A stretch of DNA of 64,000 bases from sequence record NC_054931.1. One strand, written 5' to 3'. Positions 20,698 through 30,568 of this stretch are shown here, piece after piece. Each line of letters starts with the position of its first letter. The stretch's first letter is position 1. A model generated the notes under the pieces. It had not been told where the DNA came from and did no database searches. It was given only the letters and a program-made list of their open reading frames with translations. Both the position numbers and the translations under genes were made by a program. The DNA comes from Escherichia phage T2.

Positions 20698-21060
20698 TTA
20701 AAAGAATTTAAATTTTTTCTTTGACCTTTTATTAAATGCATCTTGTAATTGCATTGTAATACATTTTTCTACATGAGGAGCTAACTCAGCTTTTCTTTCT
20801 TGGTCAAGAACAGCAAAGTCCATTACAACCTTTCCATCAACCCAATCCAGTTTTGTTACATACACTATATGTGTAGAACCATCTTCTAGTTTAATGACAA
20901 TCTCCTGGATAACATTTTCCATAGCGGATTTAATTATCTTAAGAGACTCATTAAAAAGACGTTCTTTTCTTTCTTCTTCCCCCTCCGAAGAGGGGGATTC
21001 ATCGATAATTTCTAGATCTAAATCTAAATCATCTTTATTCATTAAATTCTTCCATATCAC
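20698..21060 (-). CDS. 40: gp40-like head-assembly protein (by position)
   Basis: 120-aa ORF between 41 and uvsX. Confidence 0.5.
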   Translation of the reverse strand: MIWKNLMNKDDLDLDLEIIDESPSSEGEEERKERLFNESLKIIKSAMENVIQEIVIKLEDGSTHIVYVTKLDWVDGKVVMDFAVLDQERKAELAPHVEKCITMQLQDAFNKRSKKKFKFF

Positions 21061-22216
21061 TTAACTGTTCGAGGTCAGTTTCTAAATCAGCTGCTGATTT
21101 ACTTTTACTTTCTGGAGATTTAAATTTTTCAACCTTTGAGTTAATCAATTCATCAACTTCAGCTTCAACAATTTCATTACTATCAATAGCACCTAACTGA
21201 TAAGCACGTTTAATAGCATCTCGGAATGGTTGATGCTTAAATAAAGGACCCCAGAATGTAGTGCAGTTAGTATCTTTTGCACGCCAAGATTTTTCTTCGC
21301 GAATCATCTCGCCGGTTTCTTCGTCAAGAAATTCACGAGCATACCAACCATTCTTAGGTTTTACCACGAATCCTAATTCTAGAGCCATATCTAACAATCC
21401 AGAATAAGGATCGATACCACCGTCAAATTTAACATCAATAAAAAATTTACTTTTTTCTTTAACGGTACGAGATTTTTCTACATTTAGAACAAATTGATAC
21501 CCCTGAAGATCAGAACCATCTTTAATCTGACGTTTACCGATAATGAATACAGTATCAGCCGAATACATTACGCCTGTACCACCTGTCATCACGGTTTTAC
21601 TAAACATTTCAATTGTTTCAATTGTATGGTTAACCGCAACACACGGAATATTTTTAATGCTAAAATAAGGAGTAACAATACGGAATAATGACTTCAGTGA
21701 TTTAGCACGAGTCATATCTGCCACAGATTTTTCATTCAAGGCATCTTCCGTTTCTTTCTTAGAAGCCATATTACCGATTGAGTCGATGAATACAATAACC
21801 TTTTCACCACGCTCAATAGCTTCAAGCTGGTTCACCATATCAATTTTCAGCTGTTCAACTGACTGAATTGGCGTATGAATTACTCGTTCCGGGTCAACTC
21901 CCATGGATCGCAAATAAGCTGGAGTAATACCAAATTCGCTATCATAGAATAGACAAACCGCGTCAGGATATTTGTTCAAATATGCCGCAACCATAGTCAA
22001 AGACATATTTGATTTAAAGTGTTTAGAAGGCCCTGCGAAAATAGTTAAACCAGACTGCATACCACCATCAATCGCACCAGAAATAGCAATATTAAGCATT
22101 GGGATTTTTGTACGGATTACATCCTTTTCATTAAAGAATTTAGATGTAGTCAGCTCAGCAGTCATTTTAGAAGTGGAAGCTTTAATCAAACGGGATTTTA
22201 AATCTGCAATAGACAT
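21035..22216 (-). CDS. uvsX: UvsX recombinase (RecA-like)
   Basis: 393-aa ORF; Walker A GPSKHFKS; extensive match to recalled UvsX sequence. Confidence 0.9.
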   Translation of the reverse strand: MSIADLKSRLIKASTSKMTAELTTSKFFNEKDVIRTKIPMLNIAISGAIDGGMQSGLTIFAGPSKHFKSNMSLTMVAAYLNKYPDAVCLFYDSEFGITPAYLRSMGVDPERVIHTPIQSVEQLKIDMVNQLEAIERGEKVIVFIDSIGNMASKKETEDALNEKSVADMTRAKSLKSLFRIVTPYFSIKNIPCVAVNHTIETIEMFSKTVMTGGTGVMYSADTVFIIGKRQIKDGSDLQGYQFVLNVEKSRTVKEKSKFFIDVKFDGGIDPYSGLLDMALELGFVVKPKNGWYAREFLDEETGEMIREEKSWRAKDTNCTTFWGPLFKHQPFRDAIKRAYQLGAIDSNEIVEAEVDELINSKVEKFKSPESKSKSAADLETDLEQLSDMEEFNE

Positions 22217-22293
22217 TCATTTTTTCCATAGGCATCATTATATTTTCCTCACTGGTTAAAGATAGAGTAATTATAACACAATAAATTTAGGCA

Positions 22294-23142
22294 TTAATCA
22301 ACTGCTATTGGATGAATAGCATTAAACTTATGAAATGCTTCTGATTTTTCTTTACGCGAAACACACATGCGAAGAACCTTTAATGACTCGTCTTCTTCAC
22401 CCAACGATTTTCGTTTTTCAATATTAGAAGTTTTCCAACGAGCTTGCTCTGGAAACTCTCTATTGATTTGCTCAAGCGCTCTATTATGTTTAGAATTACT
22501 GCGAATTGAACTGCACCCGCCAGGAGCTTGTGCTTTTCCAGATACAACTAGATATTTGAACAAGGCCAAATGCGGATAACCTTGATTAATTAAATTGAGA
22601 AATGCATACATATCTTCGCATAAATCAATTTTTCCATACCCAATTTGTTCTGTAGTAAGTTTTCCGAGGTCATACCATGTATTCGTGAATCCATATGAAT
22701 TTTCACGATAATTACCCCAAGATGAAGTAATTTTAAAAATAGGTAGACGAGCATGGCCATGATAATACCCACAATCCATGGCATCCTCAACATATTGAAT
22801 CAATTCATAGAACTGTTCACGAGTCAATTGATTGACTTTATCTACGCAACGACGATCATCTCTTTTTCGCATTGAACTCATACGAATAGTAGTATCATCG
22901 TCAATCATCCAGATTCGTTGACCTGCATACATATCAGTAATTGCTTTACGAGTACCGGCAATTCCGTTTACATCATCAGGAATAGTTATAATTTTAGCTC
23001 TAGACCCATAGGCGTCATAATAAGCTTTTTCTTCATGTTCACGTACTACGATATGAGGTTCATAATCAGTCGGAAACATATCAAGGGCAGAAACTGCCCC
23101 TACATGTTGATAGCTCGGAATTACGAATTGAATCATTTCCAC
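22294..23142 (-). CDS. GT-A-fold glycosyltransferase at the beta-glucosyltransferase locus
   Basis: 282-aa ORF; VIPSY N-terminus and DxD motif RIWMIDDDTTI; not the 351-aa T4 beta-gt. Confidence 0.5.
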   Translation of the reverse strand: MEMIQFVIPSYQHVGAVSALDMFPTDYEPHIVVREHEEKAYYDAYGSRAKIITIPDDVNGIAGTRKAITDMYAGQRIWMIDDDTTIRMSSMRKRDDRRCVDKVNQLTREQFYELIQYVEDAMDCGYYHGHARLPIFKITSSWGNYRENSYGFTNTWYDLGKLTTEQIGYGKIDLCEDMYAFLNLINQGYPHLALFKYLVVSGKAQAPGGCSSIRSNSKHNRALEQINREFPEQARWKTSNIEKRKSLGEEDESLKVLRMCVSRKEKSEAFHKFNAIHPIAVD

Positions 23143-23873
23143 TCACCGTTATAATCTTTTTTCACAATATGAGTTTCGCCAGTATTCCACCAATGATCAA
23201 CCAAGTAAAAATGACGAGAATATACATGAAGACTTCCAACATTCCATATAATAGAACCTGCTTTATACTGACGAGTTGAATCGCCTGCATTCAAATCAGA
23301 TACTAATTTATCTAGTACGTATTTTTGCCATGCATAATCATTACGGAATCCGAAGACCACGTCATTTGAGCGCATGCTTACTACTGCATTGACTTTCTTA
23401 TCACGAATCAGGTATTGTACTGTATTCGTGCACATGAAATCTGACATGCCGTCTTTGTTGTAGTCAAACTGCATAGATGGACGAGTATAAATCATGATAC
23501 CACGTCGAGAATCAGGATTTTGACCAAGTTCAGCTAAACACATGTCATATTGAGCATAGTTATCTTCTGACCAGATAGCCCAACCATAATTCGAGTTAAT
23601 TTCACCTTTAGAAGATGCTACTTGTTGCCAAATCTTCGGTGTTTCACCCGGAATATCTTTAACGAACAAGCTCTTAGATTTATACCATTCAAGTTCACGC
23701 TGAATGTATTCATCATTAAGAGCGCCAAAAATAAACGGTTCATCTGCTACAAATGATGCGCCAATAATTTCAATAGTTTTAACACCAGTTTTATCAACTA
23801 CGAAATCTTTTTCTTTTAATGCAAGCCCCAAATGAAGACGGATTTCTTCAACTGTCATAGAGTCACTAATCAT
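23133..23873 (-). CDS. 42: dCMP hydroxymethylase gp42
   Basis: 246-aa ORF; thymidylate-synthase-like fold signatures; length equals T4 gp42. Confidence 0.9.
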   Translation of the reverse strand: MISDSMTVEEIRLHLGLALKEKDFVVDKTGVKTIEIIGASFVADEPFIFGALNDEYIQRELEWYKSKSLFVKDIPGETPKIWQQVASSKGEINSNYGWAIWSEDNYAQYDMCLAELGQNPDSRRGIMIYTRPSMQFDYNKDGMSDFMCTNTVQYLIRDKKVNAVVSMRSNDVVFGFRNDYAWQKYVLDKLVSDLNAGDSTRQYKAGSIIWNVGSLHVYSRHFYLVDHWWNTGETHIVKKDYNGEWK

Positions 23874-23880
23874 TTAAACC

Positions 23881-24030
23881 TCAATTGATGCATTCATATT
23901 TAAATTGTAACAGTAATAAACCCCACCCTATGATAAGAGTTGGAATCATAGCAGGAACTGTTACGCTATAGTATATACTTATTATAACCATCAAGATTAA
24001 AAGCAACACTGCTATAATTTTGCTTTTCAT
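23881..24030 (-). CDS. small hydrophobic peptide translationally coupled to imm (49 aa, below cutoff)
   Basis: manual translation MKSKIIAVLLLILMVIISIYY...; ATGA overlap with imm stop. Confidence 0.3.
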   Translation of the reverse strand: MKSKIIAVLLLILMVIISIYYSVTVPAMIPTLIIGWGLLLLQFKYECIN

Positions 24031-24278
24031 TCTTTCTCTCTGATGATAATTACCTGATTTGGCTGCGCAGACTTTTTAGTTTCACCAGCAATTGACCAAA
24101 TAAATGTAATAAACCAACCAATAATTGACCAGTTAAACAGTAAAGATGTGAAAAAGATTCCTACTGTCGATTTTGACCCACGCATCAAGGCGATAAACCA
24201 TGGAAGCATGTATATAATAATAGCCAACACACCTGAAACTAAAACCATAAAAATTGAACCTGCTACTAAAGTTTCCAT
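24027..24278 (-). CDS. imm: Imm superinfection immunity membrane protein
   Basis: 83-aa ORF with two hydrophobic helices; length and position match T4 Imm. Confidence 0.8.
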   Translation of the reverse strand: METLVAGSIFMVLVSGVLAIIIYMLPWFIALMRGSKSTVGIFFTSLLFNWSIIGWFITFIWSIAGETKKSAQPNQVIIIREKE

Positions 24279-24285
24279 GTTTTCC

Positions 24286-24666
24286 TCACTTAGTCAAATT
24301 TTTTACACATGAATTATAAGAATTCACTACATACTCCATCGGAGCATTTTTACCGGTACGCCACTGGTAATTATTAGCCCAATTTGCCCAAAGCACGGCG
24401 CAGTAGTTTTCAATTTTTTCTTCGCGCGTAATTACATCCGAATTACGATATGCTTGAGCAGATTCATCTGGACGAATAGCCTCGTCAAAATTCGCCTGCA
24501 TTTGTTCTACTGTCTGTTTTGGAGCTTCTTTATAACACTTGACATTAGGATTATAAAATTTGCTTGAACAGTTTACAATTTTTCCTACATCAGACTGATT
24601 TACTACCTGTCCTTGAGCTACACAACCAGTAAGACCTAATGCAATAACCAAAATAGCGATTTTCAT
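24286..24666 (-). CDS. secreted protein (signal peptide)
   Basis: 126-aa ORF MKIAILVIALGLTGCVAQG, lipobox-like. Confidence 0.4.
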   Translation of the reverse strand: MKIAILVIALGLTGCVAQGQVVNQSDVGKIVNCSSKFYNPNVKCYKEAPKQTVEQMQANFDEAIRPDESAQAYRNSDVITREEKIENYCAVLWANWANNYQWRTGKNAPMEYVVNSYNSCVKNLTK

Positions 24667-24678
24667 AATAATTTCCTC

Positions 24679-24930
24679 TTAAAACTTAACAAATAACTTT
24701 AAAGCATCTTCAGTTTTAATTCCTTTTCTTACACCCATAACAGAAATTGGCTGTGACTGAAATTTTCCTTTACCATTATAAATTTCTAATCCAGTCACCA
24801 TTCCATTTTGTTCTATAATACCGTAAGTGTTACCTTCATTTTCAAATTCTTTAACTTTAAAAAGTTTATTCGCTTTTTCTGCGTTAACAACTTTTAAATT
24901 TTGAATAAAATTAGTTTGAATATTTTTCAT
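24679..24930 (-). CDS. hypothetical protein
   Basis: 83-aa ORF with strong SD ggaggaa. Confidence 0.4.
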   Translation of the reverse strand: MKNIQTNFIQNLKVVNAEKANKLFKVKEFENEGNTYGIIEQNGMVTGLEIYNGKGKFQSQPISVMGVRKGIKTEDALKLFVKF

Positions 24931-24958
24931 TTTGTGTTCCTCCGTAGTTGATAGTTGT

Positions 24959-24988
24959 ATAGTACCACAGAGGAACAGTCTTGTAAAC
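24959..24988 (-). promoter_or_regulatory. T4-type early promoter inside a repeated promoter/leader cassette
   Basis: gtaaac 24983-24988; about 45 bp shared with copy at 50262-50305. Confidence 0.55.
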
Positions 24989-25076
24989 AGTTTTGTGAAA
25001 AAATTTTTAATGAATTCAAAGGGTCCAGAATCATCTGTTTTTCATAAGTATAGATTTATATTACTTGTATGAAAAG

Positions 25077-25092
25077 GGGACCCGGAGGTCCC
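25077..25092 (-). terminator. GC hairpin after gene 43
   Basis: gggacc-cgga-ggtccc perfect inverted repeat flanked by A/T runs. Confidence 0.45.
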
Positions 25093-25105
25093 TAGATTTA
25101 TTCTA

Positions 25106-27802
25106 TCAGCCAAACAGGAAGTCTAACGAAGCTTTTTCCTCATAGTCCATACCTGCCGATTCACACATACCCGCAAGCGGTTTAACAAACGATTTTTGGA
25201 ACAAAGTTGAGTAGTCAATCCAAGATAGTACATCAGAACGAATTTCTTTTGGAAGTTCTGTACCCGATGGCCAAGCAATGCACTTATCACCAAACGGATT
25301 TCCTTCACGTAATGGAAGAACCATTACTTTATTTCCATCCAAAATTGGAGCTACACCCAGACCACTAACAGCTCGACGATAAGTTAGCACACCACGAATA
25401 TGGAACGGACATTTAAATCCTGGCCAACCTTTATCATCATATTTCGCTATATCGTTCGCAGTTTTTACTTCAGCAATAACTTTATAGTCAAGTTGACGAT
25501 ATTCTTTCTCGAAGTTCTTGTAATATTCTTGGACAGACTCTTCGCCTTCCTGAAGAATACGACGAATACTTTCTTCGAGTGCTTCTTGCACTGCTTTTGG
25601 TGTTGAACTCTGCTGAGTTTCCATACCCATGATTTTTAGATGCGGTTCAGCAAATCGCTTATCTTCCATATCATAAACGTTCAGAGCATAACGTTTTTTC
25701 GCTTTCCAAAATCCACCAACACCCTTTGAACCAAGCGGAGGGCAAGAAATAGCTTCACGGTCCATATGCATCAGATGCTCGCGGTTATTCATATAATCAC
25801 ATAACTCACGATATGCAACATCAATCATAGGTTCCATCTTTTTCTTACCAAACTGATTCATGAATTCAACCAAATCGTTCTGCTCTTTGAATCGGTCAAG
25901 ACCAACTTTTTCAATAACTTTATCTACACAAACATATACCGAATCAGTATCACCTGCTGCGATGAAATCTTCATCATTAGTTCCGCATACTTTATTCAGA
26001 TATTCATTAATTTTACGAGCAATCCACTGAATACCAACTTGACCAAAAATTGTGATAGCAGTAGCATTTCGTAAATCATAGTAACGGAAATGAATATTAC
26101 CAAGAGCACCATAAAGACTGTTAATAAGAATTTTACGGTTCAGCTGATTTGTATTAGCAAGTGTAGCTGCTTTTTCACATTCTTCAATCAGACTATTAAG
26201 AACAGATTCAGTATAATTCGATAGTTCATTTAAGAAATCATCAGTGAACTTAACATATCGTTCAACTTCTGGTTTAGTTGAACAAGACCCTGCGCCTTTC
26301 ATAATAATCTTTTTAATAGCTTCGGCATTCATTTCTTCAGCGAACATTTTCTTTTTCCAATCTTTACGCTGGAAAAATACTTTAGCGATTTCCTTTGGAA
26401 TGATACCTTCTTGATGCTTATCATACATCCATCCATTCGGAGAACAAGAATATTCATCACTTGGTTTAGGAGCTGTTCCTGCGATATATTCATGAATTGG
26501 ATGAACTTTAAACTGACCACGAATAGTTTCAGGACTAATGTTAACCTGGCGAATAATGCTCGGATACAGAGACGTCAAGTCAAAACTCATAATGTATCGA
26601 CGAGCAATTGGTTTAGGTTCAAATACAAATGCACCCGGAAAACTCTGTTTAACGTGCGAACCTTGTTGAGGAATAACCTTGTGTTCACCTTTCAATGAGT
26701 TAAAAATAATAGCATCCCAAGTTTTAATAGGACTCATTACACCAGAAAAAGGCATTTTAGCATAATAAGACATACTTAAAACTAGATCGATAAACCCACG
26801 AATTTTATCAATTGCTTGAACTGATTCTACGTCAATGATGTTATAACTAATGTATCGTTGATGATTAGTCTCACGAAGTTTATTAATAGGACCGTCGTAT
26901 GGTAATTTACCTTTTTTGGTTTCATGTTGAGCAACTGATTCCAAAGAGAATGACGGCAAATTAGTAAAAGCGAATTTCTTGTACAAATCTAAATAATCAA
27001 GAATAGATACGCCATCAATAGAATAAATTTCTTTGCTACCGTACATATTTTGAATTAGTTTAGATTTTACCCGACCGATTGGAGAGAAACGTTTCATACT
27101 GCGTTCACCCAGAATCATTTTAACGCGATTCATGATATACGGAACGTCAAACCCCTCAATATTCCAACCAGTAAAAATAGCAGGTCGTTTCTGTTCCCAG
27201 AGATTAATATATTCCATGAGCATATCACGCTCATTATCAAATGGCATATAAATTACTCGGTCAAGAATTTCTTGAGGAACTTCATCACCACCTTCACAGT
27301 CAAGCTTAGCAGCTAACTTTGCATCCCATTTTGATACTGAACCGTACATTGAATTCAAAAGGTCGAAAACATAAAAACGGTCGTCAATTGAATCATAATG
27401 AGTGATAGCATCAATTTCATATTCTGCTTTCATTGGGTCAGGAAATTTATCACCAGTAACCTCAATGTCACAGTTAGCTACACGAACAAATTTTCGGTCA
27501 TAAACAATTTCTGAACCATACGTATCACTGATATAAGCGAGTTTAAAATCGTTCATACCGAGAGCTTCGAGACCGATGTCTTCCATTCGCTTCATCCAAT
27601 CTCGAGCATCTTTCATTGATGGAAATTTTTGAGGAGCACAGTTTTTACCATAGATGTCTTTGTATTTTGACTCTTCCTTACAATGCCTAAACATAGTCGG
27701 AAGATATTCTACTTCACGAGTACGTTCCTTTCCGTTTTCATCAATATAACGTTCAATAATATTATTTCCGACTGTTTCGATAGAGATATAAAATTCTTTC
27801 AT
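25106..27802 (-). CDS. 43: DNA polymerase gp43 (family B, with 3'-5' exonuclease)
   Basis: 898-aa ORF; polymerase motifs including YGDTDS-type region (AGDTDSVY); length equals T4 gp43. Confidence 0.95.
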   Translation of the reverse strand: MKEFYISIETVGNNIIERYIDENGKERTREVEYLPTMFRHCKEESKYKDIYGKNCAPQKFPSMKDARDWMKRMEDIGLEALGMNDFKLAYISDTYGSEIVYDRKFVRVANCDIEVTGDKFPDPMKAEYEIDAITHYDSIDDRFYVFDLLNSMYGSVSKWDAKLAAKLDCEGGDEVPQEILDRVIYMPFDNERDMLMEYINLWEQKRPAIFTGWNIEGFDVPYIMNRVKMILGERSMKRFSPIGRVKSKLIQNMYGSKEIYSIDGVSILDYLDLYKKFAFTNLPSFSLESVAQHETKKGKLPYDGPINKLRETNHQRYISYNIIDVESVQAIDKIRGFIDLVLSMSYYAKMPFSGVMSPIKTWDAIIFNSLKGEHKVIPQQGSHVKQSFPGAFVFEPKPIARRYIMSFDLTSLYPSIIRQVNISPETIRGQFKVHPIHEYIAGTAPKPSDEYSCSPNGWMYDKHQEGIIPKEIAKVFFQRKDWKKKMFAEEMNAEAIKKIIMKGAGSCSTKPEVERYVKFTDDFLNELSNYTESVLNSLIEECEKAATLANTNQLNRKILINSLYGALGNIHFRYYDLRNATAITIFGQVGIQWIARKINEYLNKVCGTNDEDFIAAGDTDSVYVCVDKVIEKVGLDRFKEQNDLVEFMNQFGKKKMEPMIDVAYRELCDYMNNREHLMHMDREAISCPPLGSKGVGGFWKAKKRYALNVYDMEDKRFAEPHLKIMGMETQQSSTPKAVQEALEESIRRILQEGEESVQEYYKNFEKEYRQLDYKVIAEVKTANDIAKYDDKGWPGFKCPFHIRGVLTYRRAVSGLGVAPILDGNKVMVLPLREGNPFGDKCIAWPSGTELPKEIRSDVLSWIDYSTLFQKSFVKPLAGMCESAGMDYEEKASLDFLFG

Positions 27803-27845
27803 AGATATTCCTTAGTTTATAGCCCGAGTTATTAGGCTCTTGATA
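27803..27845 (-). promoter_or_regulatory. gene 43 translational operator (hairpin plus SD)
   Basis: minus-strand sequence GAGCCUAAUAACUCGGGCU...AAGGAAUAUCU-AUG upstream of gp43 start. Confidence 0.55.
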
Positions 27846-27860
27846 TATTATACTCCAAAT

Positions 27861-27878
27861 AAGGGGCCGAAGCCCCTT
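27861..27878 (-). terminator. C(UUCG)G hairpin between regA and gene 43
   Basis: aaggggc-cgaa-gcccctt inverted repeat. Confidence 0.45.
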
Positions 27879-27880
27879 GC

Positions 27881-28249
27881 TTAATTACCAATCGTATATT
27901 TAGGAACGAGTTTCCATTCATGTTTTTGTTTAAAAGAAATAACTCGGAAGTTATTAGTTAAATCTTTCATAAAAGTTCTTTGACCAGGAACGATTTCAAT
28001 TAGTCCCCAATCTTCTAATAGCCATGCAATCGAATCACGACGAACTTCATCTTCTTCTGTCATTTCAACTTGGCGACCATCCATACGAAGCATTTCTTTA
28101 AAATGAACGATATAGTATAGTCCTTTTTTCTGAAGAATATGACAGGACTGATACAGAACTTTATCTTTATTATTAGCAATTCCCATACGAGTCAAAGTTT
28201 CTTTTACTTTCAGAAAATCTTCAGGTTTTTTAAGAGTAATTTCAATCAT
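27881..28249 (-). CDS. regA: RegA translational repressor
   Basis: 122-aa ORF; length and position match T4 RegA. Confidence 0.85.
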   Translation of the reverse strand: MIEITLKKPEDFLKVKETLTRMGIANNKDKVLYQSCHILQKKGLYYIVHFKEMLRMDGRQVEMTEEDEVRRDSIAWLLEDWGLIEIVPGQRTFMKDLTNNFRVISFKQKHEWKLVPKYTIGN

Positions 28250-28250
28250 T

Positions 28251-28814
28251 TTACCATTCCAATGCTAGTTTTTTGAGTTGTTTCTGTTCTTTTACGTTCT
28301 TAGTCACTTCTTTCAAAAAATCATCCGTGACTAAACCTTTTAGTTCTTTTAATACTAAAGGAAGTTTTCCGTTTTTAGTAAGAATTGATTTATAGTTAAT
28401 TGCATCATTTGTATTAACTTGATACCGTTTAGCAAGTAACTTAATAATCAATACTTCGGTGGAATCTTCAACCAGTTTTGCCCATTTACCATATCTTTTA
28501 CCACGAGGAACTGCAGCCATCAGATAATTAAAATGGGCTTCATCACTTAAGCCTGATCCAATTAAATTCATAGCATATACAGCTGGCATGCACTCTGGAA
28601 ATTGTGATAATGCATTTTCGACCATGAATTTTGAATAATCTTTTTGAGCAATAGAGCATTTAGTTTTATTATTAATAGCTCCAATTATTTCAAAAAATTC
28701 ATTTTCGGCTTTTTCTTTAAAAGAATCAGCAGCGGATTGGACAGCTGTCCAATCTTTTGAATACCAAGCAACTTGATGCTCGTTTAATTGAATATCATCT
28801 TCAAATAAGCTCAT
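28251..28814 (-). CDS. 62: clamp loader small subunit gp62
   Basis: 187-aa ORF, position between regA and 44. Confidence 0.85.
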   Translation of the reverse strand: MSLFEDDIQLNEHQVAWYSKDWTAVQSAADSFKEKAENEFFEIIGAINNKTKCSIAQKDYSKFMVENALSQFPECMPAVYAMNLIGSGLSDEAHFNYLMAAVPRGKRYGKWAKLVEDSTEVLIIKLLAKRYQVNTNDAINYKSILTKNGKLPLVLKELKGLVTDDFLKEVTKNVKEQKQLKKLALEW

Positions 28815-28815
28815 A

Positions 28816-29775
28816 TCACTTCCACTGCATTTCGCATGCTAATTGAATGAAAAGATAAGCTAAATGTAATTCAGTGTTAGCTGCAATACCATGATACTGA
28901 TTATTTTCACCAACAATTTCGTACATACGAATAATGCTCTGTGGAGTTACACGTGAATAGATTTCTTCGGCAAGTTTACCCACGAACCACGAATAATCAG
29001 CCGCGTATTTTGGTGCTAAAGCTCTGAGTTGTTTAACATCTTTATTTTTGAGAGACTCAAGAACATCATCAATAGCACCACGATCGTTAGTAACCAGTGA
29101 TAAAATACCAGCATCCAAAACACCTTTAGATGAATAACTATCGAGCTCGCCAATAGTTTTACGAAAATCAGGAAAATTCTTTTTAACCAAAGCTGCTACA
29201 ACTTTCATATCAGCTATAGCAATTCCTTCGTGCTTGCAGATTTCAGTCAATCGACGAATCATCTGCTTCATCATTTCAATTTTATCTTCATCAGTTGGTT
29301 GACCGAATGTAATAACTCGGCAGCGTGACTGAAGCGGTTTAATAATACCATCAATATTGTTAGCAGTAATAATAATACTACAGTTTGAACTATAAGCTTC
29401 CATAAAGGAACGAAGATGTCGCTGAGACTCTGCTAACCCTGAGCGGTCAAATTCATCAATAACGATTACTTTTTGACGACCATCAAATGAAGCGGCGCTG
29501 GCAAAATTAGTCAAAGGACCACGAACGAAATCAATTTTACAATCTGATCCATTCACAAACATCATATCAGCATTTACATCATGACACAATGCTTTTGCTA
29601 CAGTTGTTTTACCTGTTCCTGGAGAAGGAGAATGAAGAATAATATGTGGAATCTTACCTTTACTTGTAATAGATTTAAAGGTTTCTTTATCAAAGGCGGG
29701 AAGAATACATTCATCGATAGTAGATGGACGATATTTCTGTTCAAGAATGTGTTCTTTTTCATTTACGGTAATCAT
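28816..29775 (-). CDS. 44: clamp loader ATPase gp44 (AAA+)
   Basis: Walker [10 protein letters not shown], Walker B VIVIDEFD; start at MITVNEKEH gives 319 aa. Confidence 0.9.
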
Positions 29776-29809
29776 AATTTCCTCATTCAAATTTTAGTGT
29801 AAATTATAA

Positions 29810-29823
29810 AGGGCCGAAGCCCT
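29810..29823 (-). terminator. C(UUCG)G hairpin between genes 45 and 44
   Basis: agggc-cgaa-gccct inverted repeat. Confidence 0.4.
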
Positions 29824-29826
29824 CTA

Positions 29827-30513
29827 TTAAAAATCGTGGGTAGAATCAGCTTCAAGAGCTACTACATAATTCGCGTGTTCACCTTCAAATTTAGCAGCAC
29901 CTTGTTTACCTTTTGCCCAGAGCAGAAGTTTATAATTTCCTGGTTGCATTTTCATATTTGCCATATTGATAATGAAATTAAATGTATTTTCACCATCATA
30001 ATCACCAAGAGTCAAAGAATATTTAACACGGGTCAGAGCAGAATCTTCTACTTTATTAAAACCGTTAATTACGATTTTACCTTCTTTTACCGTGATAGCA
30101 ATTGTATCAATTTGCAGACCACGAGATACACGCAACAGTTGTTGAAGGTCTTCAGCTTTAATTTCAGTAACAACAGATGCTACCGGGAATGGAATTGGTT
30201 TATTAGGAGCAACTACTGTACTCGGATCGGCTGCTGGCCAAAAAATTGTTGAACGAGCATCAGCAATTTTAATATTTCCATCTTCTGACTGGGAAATTTC
30301 TGCATCATCATTAACTAGAGACAGAATACCGAGAAAACCGTTCAAATCGTAAATCGCTACATCAAAATCAATAACGTCAGAAATATTTGCTTCCGCATAA
30401 GTTGTACCATTAACTGCGCGAGTCATAATAAATTGACCGGATTTAAGCATAATACCAGAGTTAATAGTAGCGAAATTTTTAAGCAGAGCAGTAGTATCTT
30501 TAGACAGTTTCAT
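29827..30513 (-). CDS. 45: sliding clamp gp45
   Basis: 228-aa ORF; length and position match T4 gp45. Confidence 0.9.
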   Translation of the reverse strand: MKLSKDTTALLKNFATINSGIMLKSGQFIMTRAVNGTTYAEANISDVIDFDVAIYDLNGFLGILSLVNDDAEISQSEDGNIKIADARSTIFWPAADPSTVVAPNKPIPFPVASVVTEIKAEDLQQLLRVSRGLQIDTIAITVKEGKIVINGFNKVEDSALTRVKYSLTLGDYDGENTFNFIINMANMKMQPGNYKLLLWAKGKQGAAKFEGEHANYVVALEADSTHDF

Positions 30514-30568
30514 GTAATTTCCTTCAATTCAAATGAGATTTAATTTTATAACTAATTTAATAAAGCAA

